A DNA stretch of 64,000 bases. Origin: Candidatus Latescibacterota bacterium. Lineage in GTDB: Bacteria > Latescibacterota > CBDEFO01. Below, one piece after another: positions 43,860-53,657 of the stretch (positions are counted from its first letter, which is position 1; each line of letters opens with the position of its first letter). The position numbers and the translations under genes are program-made. Where the stretch lies: assembly GCA_965237525.1 (NCBI GenBank), contig CBDEFO010000008.1, forward strand, positions 1,824,001-1,888,000, in the 5' to 3' direction. The notes below the pieces were generated by a model. That model was given only the letters and a program-made list of their open reading frames with translations. It was not told the origin of the DNA and did no database searches.

Positions 43860-45206
43860 GTGGGAAAGAGGGTATACGCCTTGAAAAGAAAATCAGAAAC
43901 ACCAGTATCAAGTAGGCAGTATCAACTACGTAGGGGGTACCTCCTGCCTGTCTACTGTCTACTGTCTACTGTCTACTTGTTTATGGCTTCAGAGGTCTGG
44001 GCTCAAAAGATGCTGATATACATGGATCTGAATCAGACCGATCATCTCAAGGCGTATGGTGTCGCGTACCGGGCTTTAGAGCAGGGGATAGATGTGGAGT
44101 GGCTGTTGAACTACCGGGGAGGATCATTTATGATAGACAGTGTATATGAGTTGATAGCAGAGGCGAGGATAAGAGGGGTCTCCTTTTCTATGATAGGCGG
44201 AGCCGAAGCTGCCCTTGTATACGCTCAGATCGAAAGGGAGAACATGGACGTAGTGCACCTTACAAAGACTCCCAGAATAGCGGTCTATACTCCCCCCAAC
44301 ACTCAGCCCTGGGACGACGCTGTGACCCTGGCTCTCACCTACGCACAGATACCGTACGATAGGGTCTGGGACGCGGAGGTGCTTGCTGGAGAGCTTGAGA
44401 AATACGACTGGCTGCACCTTCACCACGAGGATTTTACAGGACAATATGGCAAGTTCTACAGCACGTACGGGAATCAGCCGTGGTACAGACAACAGCAGAT
44501 CCAATACGAGGCTGTGGCCCGCCGTCTGGGATTTAGCAAGGTCTCCGAGGAAAAAAAGACTGTGGCAGGGGCGATCAAAAATTACGTCATAAATGGAGGT
44601 TTCCTCTTTGCAATGTGCTCGGCGACAGATACGTTTGACATAGCTTTAGCCGCTCAAAATGCCGACATCGCCGTGGCTGTGTTCGACGGCGACCCGGCCG
44701 ATCCCAACGCCCAGGAGAAGCTCGACTACTCCAGGACGGTGGCGTTTGAGAACTTCAAATTAGAGATGAATCCCTTAGTATACGAGTTCTCGGATATAGA
44801 CACCACGCCCAAAAGGATGTCACAGATACGGGGCGCCGAGGCAGATTATTTCACTCTGTTTGAGTTTTCTGCCAAATACGATCCTGTCCCCACTATGCTG
44901 ACTCAAAATCACACACCTGTTGTGGACGGCTTTCTGGGACAGACTACCGCGTTTAGAAAGTCCCTCGTAAAGGATTCTGTCGTGATATTGGGGGAATCTG
45001 CAGCAACAGATGAGGCTAAATATATACACGGAAATGTGGGGAAAGGGACAGTTACTTTCTACGGGGGGCATGATCCGGAGGACTATCAGCACCTGGTCTA
45101 TGATCCGCCCACTCAGTTGTCCTTGCACAAGAATTCTCCCGGATACCGGTTGATCTTAAACAACGTACTCTTCCCGGCAGCCAAGAAGAAGGAGAGGAAG
45201 ACTTAA
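43860..45206 (+). CDS. Conserved secreted hypothetical protein
   Basis: HLKAYG, WLLNYRGGSF, WDDAVT, DWLHLHHEDFTGQYGKF, GHDPEDYQH, NSPGYRLILNN; start position uncertain. Confidence 0.75.
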   Translation: MGKRVYALKRKSETPVSSRQYQLRRGYLLPVYCLLSTVYLFMASEVWAQKMLIYMDLNQTDHLKAYGVAYRALEQGIDVEWLLNYRGGSFMIDSVYELIAEARIRGVSFSMIGGAEAALVYAQIERENMDVVHLTKTPRIAVYTPPNTQPWDDAVTLALTYAQIPYDRVWDAEVLAGELEKYDWLHLHHEDFTGQYGKFYSTYGNQPWYRQQQIQYEAVARRLGFSKVSEEKKTVAGAIKNYVINGGFLFAMCSATDTFDIALAAQNADIAVAVFDGDPADPNAQEKLDYSRTVAFENFKLEMNPLVYEFSDIDTTPKRMSQIRGAEADYFTLFEFSAKYDPVPTMLTQNHTPVVDGFLGQTTAFRKSLVKDSVVILGESAATDEAKYIHGNVGKGTVTFYGGHDPEDYQHLVYDPPTQLSLHKNSPGYRLILNNVLFPAAKKKERKT

Positions 45207-45421
45207 GCCCAAAGTCCAAAGGAGCTATCGCTACGTTCAAAGGTCTGACACTTTCTACACCTCCCGTAAATTTATATGTTCTAATAGTTTCAGAAAGAAG
45301 GTGAAAGGTATGGCAAACAAGGGCAATGTGGTGAATGCTGTTGTTAGCGAAGCTGGAATCTCAAAAAAAGAGGCCGGGGCAGTAGTTAATGCTTTAATCA
45401 ATACTATTACTGATGCCTTAA

Positions 45422-46944
45422 AAGCCTTGTGAAATAGTTATGTCCTAAGGCAGCGTCTGAAGCGCCGATTATGGGTCAAAGAGTAGCATATCGTATCGTT
45501 TTGCTGTGGAATAAGCAAAGTAGTCTTATCAGAGTTCTGGTCAGCAAGGAACAGGAGCTGTTTGAAGAACAGGATGCACTGTCTTTGACAGACAGGGCAC
45601 ACATAGACGCTTTCCCCCTTCTTATGAAAGATACAAGCCTCTTGAGATTCTGTACTGTTGCAACAAGATTCAACTGTTCATTCAGTGAGGCTGGTCCTCT
45701 ATAACGGGCTCGTCCCATACCGTGTTGTTGCCTGGCTTCAGCAAAGATATGTTCACTGCGTTTACGGAGTCTCCCGGGAGAGTTTGTAGTCAGCTGTTAA
45801 TGAGATAGACCGTGCATGATTTCTGGCTTTCGCCTCTCGCACTTTTCTATCCCGTTCGGCCTGAATATGTGCTGAATTTGTCTTGTTTTTCCATGTAGGA
45901 ATCGGTTCAATCCTCTCATCGGCTCGCAGAGGAATATGGGGTATGATTCCCCGGTCAAGTACATCAGCGATAAAATTACCAGAACCGTAACCGGTATCGG
46001 CACTAAGTGTCTGAATGTCTTTGGGCATGGTGTATGTTTCAAGGTCATCTACCATCTTAAGGGCACTTTCGGGCTCTGCTGTCCCTGTCGCCTGCGTGCC
46101 CTGAGTCTCAAGGATTACTCTGCTTTTTGTGTCGATCAGATCATGGCCCATAAACGAGAGAAAAGCCCCTTTGCCCTTCGATTTGCTGTATAAGCGCGCG
46201 TCGGGGTCTGTAGTCGAACGGTGTGTTTGGTTCGTCCACTTTTCACCATGAAAGTCTTTATCCTGAGGATGCCCGGACCTACCCTTTGTCTTATCACCTT
46301 CAAAACCGATTCCCTTGAGATAATCATCAAGAGAAACAGGGGGTTCTATCGGCTCAATACTTTTCACTGAAGCATCAGCTTGTATCTGAGTGCCGTCGAC
46401 ACTAAGGTGTTTACCGCTCACAAGACCGACATCTATGCAACACTGGACTACCTGACGCATTATCCGTTCAAACAACCCACTGGATGCCCACTTGTGATTG
46501 CGAAGCTTGTTGATCGTGCTCCTATCCGGAACCGCATCATCAAATGTCTGATGACAAAACAACCGATATGCCGCATGCATCCCCACTTCCTGACAGAGCC
46601 GATTCTCACTCAAATTATACAGATAGCCAATAAGGATCATTCGAACAACTAATTCAGGATCAATACCGGGTCTGCCATTGTCAGGGCAATAACAATCTGA
46701 TACAACGTCTCGTACAAATGAAAAATCAACTGCCTCATCAATCTGACGAAGGATATGATCCTCGGGAACTAAATCCTCCATCTGAAAATAGTGAAACATC
46801 GGATTTGTCTGTTCCTGCTTTTGTGGGGTCATTGCTTTTCCTCCATGTATAATATTATCAATAACATAATATAATACATCGGAGCTGCTTTATCAATGCT
46901 TGTTCTATACTACTTTCTGAATCTAAGGGTTTTTCACAAGGCTT
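45422..46944 (-). mobile_element. IS1182-family insertion sequence, copy 2
   Basis: Same terminal inverted repeats as copy 1; target duplication TTAA; near-identical sequence. Confidence 0.92.
45476..46832 (-). pseudogene. IS1182 transposase, frameshifted
   Basis: Extra C near 45774 relative to copy 1 splits the ORF. Confidence 0.85.
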
Positions 46945-47449
46945 TTAAAGAGGGGGGATAAAGTAAGCATGCAAGGATTCGGGACGTTTTCTGTGACCGA
47001 AAGGGCTGCAAGGAGCGGACGGGATCCCAGAACAGGAAACCCAATTCAGATTGCTGCCAGAAAGTTGCCAAGGTTCAACGCAGGGAGGGCACTAGTAGAG
47101 GAAATAATCCGTAAATTCGAAGTCAAGACATCTGACGACAAAGATTTCGGTATGACTGAACAGAGATTTCCTCTCAGCCCTATAAGGGAAAAGGAAGAAA
47201 TCTTGAAAAGAGCCAAAGAAAAGATAAAGAAGATTAACGAAGATGTGCTCAATTCTGAAGGATTGGATGAGGAGGAGATAAAAGCGTCCGTGGAAGAAGG
47301 AATTATAGACGCTGATCAGGCGTATTTCTGGAGCAAAGAGCACCAGAAGCATCACAGAGAGGCAGAGAAAGATATTAAGAACGGTAAGGTCAAGATATTT
47401 GACGATGTTGAGGATTTAATCAAAGATCTCAATAGCTAATTATTGTAGC

Positions 47450-47706
47450 ATGTACAAATTTCAGCGCACTGATAAATTCAAGCGTCAATACTCTGATCTA
47501 TCTCGGGAAATAGAGAGAAAAGCTGAAAAGGCGTTTCGGCTACCTGCGAGCGATTTTAGACATCCACCTTGCAAACTAAGAGAATTAAAGGTAAGGAACA
47601 TGTGTGGGAAGCAAGAATAGATCGAAGATACCGCTTTAAATTTCAGATAGATAAGGAAAATCAGATATATCTTTTGCGGGAGATAGGTAAACACGATATT
47701 TTGTGA
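47450..47706 (+). pseudogene. RelE/ParE-superfamily toxin, frameshifted
   Basis: MYKFQRTDKFKRQYSDL..FRHP then, in a shifted frame, LQTKRIKGKEHVWEARIDRRYRFKF..LREIGKHDIL-stop. Confidence 0.8.
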
Positions 47707-47730
47707 ATCTTTCAACATAGGAAGACTTTA

Positions 47731-48735
47731 ATGCAGGAAATTAGGGAAAGTCACGACTTAGAGGCTATCGAAAGATTGGAAGGGGCCAAGGACGCAATCT
47801 GTTCTGAGATCGAAAAGGTGATCGTTGGACAAAGGCAGATAATAGATCAATTGCTCATTGCTCTTTTTTCGGGCGGGCATTGCCTCATCATCGGCGTGCC
47901 CGGTCTTGCCAAGACACTGCTTATAAATACGCTTTCTGAGATTCTGGATCTTTCGTTCAGCAGGATACAGTTCACGCCAGATATTATGCCTTCCGATATT
48001 ACGGGGACGGAGGTGATTGAGGAGGATTTGTCCCTGGGGAAAAAGACCTTCCGATTCGTAAAGGGACCTGTCTTTGCAAATGTGATATTGGCGGACGAGA
48101 TAAACAGGGCGCCTCCCAAGACTCAGTCGGCTCTTCTGGAGGCTATGCAGGAGCACAAGGTTACGGCTTCGGGAAAGACGATGAAACTTTCCGAGCCGTT
48201 TTTCGTGCTTGCCACTCAAAACCCTATAGAACAGGAGGGCACCTATCCACTGCCCGAGGCTCAGCTGGACAGGTTCTTCTTCAGCCTCTGGATAGACTAT
48301 CCTAACTTTGAGGAAGAAGAACAGGTAGTTCACAGGACCACGAGTGCATACACCTGGAATGTAAGGAAGGTAGTGAGCGGAGATGACATTGTAGACATGC
48401 AAAATCTAATAAGGAGGGTTCCAGTTTCAGATCATGTGGTCAGATACGCTGTGGATTTGGTCAGAAAGACGCGACCATTTGAAAGAGATGCTCCCCTTTA
48501 TGTAAAGGATATGATCAGTTGGGGGGCAGGTCCAAGGGCGTCTCAGTATCTCATACTGGGAGCCAAGGCCAAGGCTGCTCTGAACGGACGGTGTTCTGTG
48601 TCCATCGAGGATGTCAAATCTCTGGTGGTTCCTGTGCTAAGACACAGGATAGTCACCAACTTCAACGCCGAAGCAGAAGGCGTTGATACAAAAGGGATAG
48701 TAACCAGACTGTTGGAGGAGGTCCCAGATAAATAG
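47731..48735 (+). CDS. moxR: MoxR family AAA+ ATPase
   Basis: GVPGLAKT, RIQFTPD, ADEINRAPPKTQSALLEAM, TQNPIEQEGTYPLPEAQLDRF. Confidence 0.95.
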   Translation: MQEIRESHDLEAIERLEGAKDAICSEIEKVIVGQRQIIDQLLIALFSGGHCLIIGVPGLAKTLLINTLSEILDLSFSRIQFTPDIMPSDITGTEVIEEDLSLGKKTFRFVKGPVFANVILADEINRAPPKTQSALLEAMQEHKVTASGKTMKLSEPFFVLATQNPIEQEGTYPLPEAQLDRFFFSLWIDYPNFEEEEQVVHRTTSAYTWNVRKVVSGDDIVDMQNLIRRVPVSDHVVRYAVDLVRKTRPFERDAPLYVKDMISWGAGPRASQYLILGAKAKAALNGRCSVSIEDVKSLVVPVLRHRIVTNFNAEAEGVDTKGIVTRLLEEVPDK

Positions 48736-48745
48736 AAAGGTCTAT

Positions 48746-49627
48746 TTGGATTATCTGGACCCCGAGGTCGTATCCAGGCTCAGAAGGCTCGACCTTGTGG
48801 CGCGGCTGGTCGTGGAGGGATTCATAACTGGACTCCATAAGAGCCCGTATCACGGCTTTTCGGTGGAGTTTGCCGAACACAGACAGTATATGCCGGGTGA
48901 TCCTGTGAGGGACATAGACTGGAGGGCTTACGGAAAGACGGGACGCCTTTACGTAAAGAAATACGAGGAGGAGACGAACCTAAAGGCGTATATCCTTCTG
49001 GACGCAAGCGGCTCTATGGAGTTTACCTCAGGAGGCATAACCAAGTTTAAGTACGGATGCCATCTTGCGGCCTCTTTAAGTTATCTTATGCTCAAGCAGA
49101 GGGACGCTGTGGGACTGTGCATCTTTGACAGTCGAATACGCCGCTATGTGCCCCCGCGATCTGTCGGGAGCCATCTTCACACCATACTTAAAGAGATTGA
49201 CGGCGCAAAAACGGCTCATGAGACGGATCTGGCAGGCACTCTCCACACCCTGGCTGAGAGGATAAGAAGGAGAGGCTTAGTGATAGTTATCTCCGATCTT
49301 TTGGACGATCCATCTAAGGTGTTGTCAGGATTTAAGCACTTCCGCCACAGAAAGCACGAACTGGTAATATTTCACATCCTGGACCCCAAGGAACGGGATC
49401 TGTCGTTTCCCAGGGAAGCCAGATTCGTGGATCTCGAAGGCGAAGAACAGCTAGTTACTGAGCCGTGGCATATTCAGAAGGACTACACTTCTTTGATGGA
49501 CGACCTTGTGAATCGCTATCGCAGGGAATGCCGCGAAAGTCTCATAGATTATGTCCTGATAGATACGTCGGACAGGTTCGACACTGCACTTCTGGGATAT
49601 TTATCCAAAAGGAAAAGGTTAGGGTGA
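48746..49627 (+). CDS. DUF58 (vWA-like) protein
   Basis: GLHKSPYHGFSVEFAEHRQY.PGD..IDW, LDASGSM, VISDL. Confidence 0.93.
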   Translation: MDYLDPEVVSRLRRLDLVARLVVEGFITGLHKSPYHGFSVEFAEHRQYMPGDPVRDIDWRAYGKTGRLYVKKYEEETNLKAYILLDASGSMEFTSGGITKFKYGCHLAASLSYLMLKQRDAVGLCIFDSRIRRYVPPRSVGSHLHTILKEIDGAKTAHETDLAGTLHTLAERIRRRGLVIVISDLLDDPSKVLSGFKHFRHRKHELVIFHILDPKERDLSFPREARFVDLEGEEQLVTEPWHIQKDYTSLMDDLVNRYRRECRESLIDYVLIDTSDRFDTALLGYLSKRKRLG

Positions 49628-49631
49628 TTAT

Positions 49632-50367
49632 TCAGATTGGCTCTGGATCATAGCTCCGCATAGCATTTGCCACCCACTCCACGGCGACGTCTATCATCTC
49701 CTCTCCCTTCTCTGCCGTTGCTAACTTGGCTTCGTGGTGTAAGGCTCTGTCGTGTTTTGCCTTTTCTGGGTCGGAGATCGTCAGCTTGGCGTTATCGTAG
49801 TCCACTCCCTCCCAGTGGACCTGATCCGGGAAGGCCGCCAGTGCAAACGATGTCTCGAACTCGCTGGCATGTCCTGGACAGTTGCCGGACTCCATCAGCC
49901 TTTCTACGAGCTCCTGGGAATACGCTTCCCAGTATGAACAGAACTTAACATCGACCCCCAGCTTCTGGCTGAATCCATCCACTTGGTCGGCAAGTCCACT
50001 ATTTCCCTGCGTGCCCGTTCACTATAAATATGCTCTTTATGCCGCCCCTCTGAAGGCTCTCACAGACTTCGTAAACCACGGCGAAAAACGTCTCCATTTT
50101 CAGGGTCAAAGTGCCCTTGTGATCCATCCAGTGCTCAGAGATGCCTAAAGGCACCGGGGTGGTAACTATCACATTCGGATACAATTTCTCCGCCGCCTTT
50201 ACAGATACAAGGCGTGCGCTTGCCGTATCGTGTATCATTGCCAGATGCTCGTTGTGTTGCTCGGTGCTGCCCGTGGGGACTATAGCCCCCTTGATTATTC
50301 CGTCGTCAATGCCCTCTCTTGCGTTCCTGCGGGTTAACTTCCAAAGACGAACCTCTCCGATATCCAT
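49632..50367 (-). pseudogene. Creatininase family gene with frameshift
   Basis: PTGSTEQHNEHL, SEHW, NGHAG, then GHASEFETS in the next frame; extra G near 50006. Confidence 0.85.
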
Positions 50368-50513
50368 CTTATCTCCTTTGGCTAAAACCGTAACTTTAAG
50401 CTTCCACCCGATGATCGGGTGACGGTCATATCAAGTAAGAATATATCTAGCTCTGTTCTTAAAGTCAAGATGTTTTTGTTACTATTAGGTAGTTGGATGC
50501 AATCAAAAAAACC

Positions 50514-50661
50514 TTGACAGATTGCGTTGATTTGCTTATATATCACTCTGTGAACCGTTTCGGAAGAGAGTAAAAACAACCGCTAAGTTCGCTGTGACAG
50601 CTTCACAATTTCACACCAGTCTTACAAAAAGCTTGACAAATATGCGTTAAATTGATATATT
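50514..50661 (+). promoter_or_regulatory. Two homologous tandem sigma70-like promoters
   Basis: TTGACA..TGCGTT..TATAT..ACTCTGT at 50514 and again at 50633. Confidence 0.5.
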
Positions 50662-50709
50662 TGACTCTGTTGTGATCTCGATCACCAAAAGTACGGGAGA
50701 AGGGGGACA

Positions 50710-51243
50710 TTGTCAACGTTTAGAATTTGCCTGTCTTGGGTTGTGACGATCGTGTTGGGGGCCTCGAACATAAGCTGTGGTACCATCTTTGGGGGTTCCC
50801 GTCAGAACGTGCAGATTGACTCAAGCCCATCGACTGTCTCTGTGACGGTGGGTCAAAGTGGAATGACGCAGACGACGCCCACAACGTTTTCTCTTCCGCG
50901 AAAGAACAACTATGTGTTGACCTTCGAAAAGGAGGGTTACGAAAGTAAGAAGTTCGAAATACAAAGAAAGATCCGCGGCGGCATCCTCGCTCTCGACATC
51001 ATTTTCACTGGAATCGTTGGGGTCGTCGTCGATGCAACTACTGGATCGTGGTATAAGCTTTCTCCAGAGAACGTTAATGTTGTCCTAACCAAGGTGGAAG
51101 GTGCATCGCTGGACCTTCCCGAGACTCTCCAACTGTCTTTGTCAGTTGGAGAGGTTACCGGGGACGCGCACAATTTGCAGGTGACATCGGGCGTACCGGG
51201 TGTTAGTGTGCGCATTAAGTCGTTGCGCTCATTGCAGCGATAG
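50710..51243 (+). CDS. Lipoprotein with PEGA-like domain
   Basis: SCGTIFGGSRQ, IDSSP, TTPT..L.RK, FEKEGY, VVDATTGSWYKL. Confidence 0.75.
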   Translation: MSTFRICLSWVVTIVLGASNISCGTIFGGSRQNVQIDSSPSTVSVTVGQSGMTQTTPTTFSLPRKNNYVLTFEKEGYESKKFEIQRKIRGGILALDIIFTGIVGVVVDATTGSWYKLSPENVNVVLTKVEGASLDLPETLQLSLSVGEVTGDAHNLQVTSGVPGVSVRIKSLRSLQR

Positions 51244-51497
51244 TTAGGGAAGTAAAGCGTAAAAAGCTGTAATCTTCTGATATTCAATAGAATGGAAGGG
51301 GGTGATTGACGGGCAGTCTCAGTTCACTCATCGCTAAACAGCAGTGGCAAAGACATTCTCAATAGATGACCGATTCTCCCAGAAAATAGCTGGATTTCAC
51401 TTTAAGAATCCTGGGGAGTTTTGGGTCTGTAGAGAAATAAAGTAAATTTTCAACTTCACTTTTTCGTAAATTGTGGAGTTAAAAGAGGGAGGAACAG

Positions 51498-52790
51498 ATG
51501 TTCAAAGATGTTTCAGTCAAATGTGCGTTGGTTTTCGGAGTCCTTCTCCTGGTTCTGGTGGCCGCCGGTAGCTCTGATGCGAGCAATGCAAGGCTTAGGG
51601 CATTGGGTAATGAGCCGATCCTTGTGAAGGACAGTAGCAATATCTTCGACTTTGTATCCACCGTCAACGATTATACGAACAATGTCTACGTCGAGAACGC
51701 CTCGGATAACGCAGGCGTTGGAGACGGACAGAACTGGGGCACAGTCGTCTGGGGTATTAGTGAGAACAACATCCTGGGTATCTCTCTGGACAGGCCCTCA
51801 GGTCTTACTTTTTCCGCTCGTGGCGAGCCGGTTCCCATCTGGGTAGTACATTTTCTCAATCTCCTGGAGAGTCTCCCTCTGGACGGTATGCCTGCGGACG
51901 GTATGCCTGCGGACGGTATGCCTGCGGACGGTATGCCTGCGGACGGTATGCCTCCGGACGGTATCCCTCTGGAGGACTTGCTCCAAGCTTTTGGCGAGCT
52001 GGCTCCCAGCTCGGCTCCCAGCTCGATAGTAGATCTTATCTATGGAAGAAAGTTCGATGATACCGACTTCGGCGTGGGACTTGCAATCCTGTTCGATACT
52101 GATGACAACGGTGTGGATGTTGACAACAGCCAGCTCGGCATCGATCTTAACGTTGGCGTCGGTTTGCACGTAGGAGAAGCATCAGAGCTCGACATCAACC
52201 TCGGCATAGGTTTTCTAAGTGTTGACGAAACGTTGCCTGCTGAGGTGAATTACGATTCCGGCATAGACTTTGGGATAGATGCCAGGTTCTTCCATCCCAC
52301 AGACGAGAGGACTACAGTTATCATCGGTGGAGGAATAGGCTTTTCAAAGGCTCCGAAACTGTCAGATGCCGAGGATATGAATGAGGTCACCTTCCAGGGT
52401 CTGATCGGCGCAGATCTCCAATTGTCTGAAGATGCCAATTTGATCTTGGCTGCCGGACTGATGGTAGAAAATAGGGACATCGGTGCGAATGCAACGGAGA
52501 CTAACATAAGTGTCCCAGCTATCACTGCCGCAGTAGAGATGGGTCTAACAGATTGGTTGGATGTCCGTGCTGGAGCTCGCAGAGCCTCAACGTTTGAACG
52601 CACAATCAACGGAGCAGAGACCCGTGGATTCAACACGGACTATAACCTCGATTTCGGCGTGGGTCTCAGCCTTGGGGGCTTAACATTGGACGGTGTTATC
52701 ACCAAGAAATTCCTCGAGACAGGACCGGATATTATCAGCGATAACCCCGCAGACGTCTTCAGTCAGGTAGCTGTGACCTACAGCTTCTAA
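51498..52790 (+). CDS. Putative outer-membrane beta-barrel protein
   Basis: Signal peptide, ARLRALG N-terminus, alternating beta strands, C-terminal VAVTYSF. Confidence 0.75.
   Translation: MFKDVSVKCALVFGVLLLVLVAAGSSDASNARLRALGNEPILVKDSSNIFDFVSTVNDYTNNVYVENASDNAGVGDGQNWGTVVWGISENNILGISLDRPSGLTFSARGEPVPIWVVHFLNLLESLPLDGMPADGMPADGMPADGMPADGMPPDGIPLEDLLQAFGELAPSSAPSSIVDLIYGRKFDDTDFGVGLAILFDTDDNGVDVDNSQLGIDLNVGVGLHVGEASELDINLGIGFLSVDETLPAEVNYDSGIDFGIDARFFHPTDERTTVIIGGGIGFSKAPKLSDAEDMNEVTFQGLIGADLQLSEDANLILAAGLMVENRDIGANATETNISVPAITAAVEMGLTDWLDVRAGARRASTFERTINGAETRGFNTDYNLDFGVGLSLGGLTLDGVITKKFLETGPDIISDNPADVFSQVAVTYSF
51881..51970 (+). repeat. In-frame 15-bp tandem repeat, 6 units (DGMPA)
   Basis: GGACGGTATGCCTGC x4 plus two variant units. 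Confidence 0.95.
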
Positions 52791-52884
52791 CAGGCACTAC
52801 AGGTGACAAAAGCAATTCAGCTATTCACAGAAGTTCACCTTTCTGGCCTGAAGTAGATCGTCTCAGTATAGTTAAGCAATCCAT

Positions 52885-52925
52885 AAGACACGCTATCGCT
52901 TTTTATCGTGATAGCGTGTCTTTTT
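52885..52925 (+). terminator. Intrinsic terminator
   Basis: AAGACACGCTATC/GATAGCGTGTCTT stem followed by T tract. Confidence 0.75.
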
Positions 52926-53328
52926 GCTATCACGTGAGATGAAGATGAGAATTGTGTTTTAGGATAGGGTCTTTCAGATAATCACGTAAAGTTTGCCGAG
53001 CAGCTAGGGTAAGATCTCTTAACAATACCACGCGTTTTCTATACAAACGGTACAGAGAATCGCTGTAGATACCGTAAAGGGCGGTAGAGCACATACCGAC
53101 CTATGTGGGTAACACCCCAAATCAAAAGACAGCGTGGGCTTACGCTGTGGGATACATAAAGACGCTGCTGGCAGCGCTGTCCTCCTGATTCAACGTATTG
53201 TTCCATTCTCAAGCGGGTCAAAATTTTTGTTGACTTTGAAGGGAAGCGTTATTAAGTTTTACATTAAAGTTGCTTATGGTTTTCTATACACAGAACAGCT
53301 TAAGTAATAGAAAGAGGTAATTTAACAT

Positions 53329-53405
53329 GGCGAACGTAGCTCAAAGGATAGAGTGCCTGACTGTGGCTCAGGATGTTGCGGGTTCGAGTCCCGTCGTTCG
53401 CCCCA
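53329..53405 (+). tRNA. tRNA-His (GUG)
   Basis: Encoded G-1, acceptor GCGAACG/CGTTCGC, anticodon arm CCTGA-CTGTGGC-TCAGG, TTCGAGT T-loop, C73 and CCA; TTGACT-17bp-TAAGTT promoter at 53230-53258. Confidence 0.97.
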
Positions 53406-53657
53406 TATATATCTTAGTGACAGGCTCTTTTGGCGTCTGCGAGATACAGGTGCGGTTTGTCCCTGGTGAATTTGACTGTGCCCACATTCGTCGTACTTTC
53501 TGCCGTCACCATTCCTGAATTGAAGGCGGGTCGGCAGTTCATACAGGGCTAACGGCAAGATACCGAAAGTGACTACCGCCTCGCAAATTTCAAAAGGGCT
53601 TCTTTTTTATCTGTGCAGGATTCTATTATCATTAGTTACGCTACAAGGAGCGTGGAA

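Larger units (their letters stand above)
45310..47439 (+). pseudogene. HU-domain / antitoxin fusion gene split by IS1182
   Basis: Removing the IS gives [43 protein letters not shown] followed by [35 protein letters not shown]. Confidence 0.8.

Noticed and set aside
43860..45206. Asparagine synthetase B label that I recall being attached to similar proteins
   Set aside because: No N-terminal Cys glutaminase domain or SGGLDS motif; the protein looks exported.
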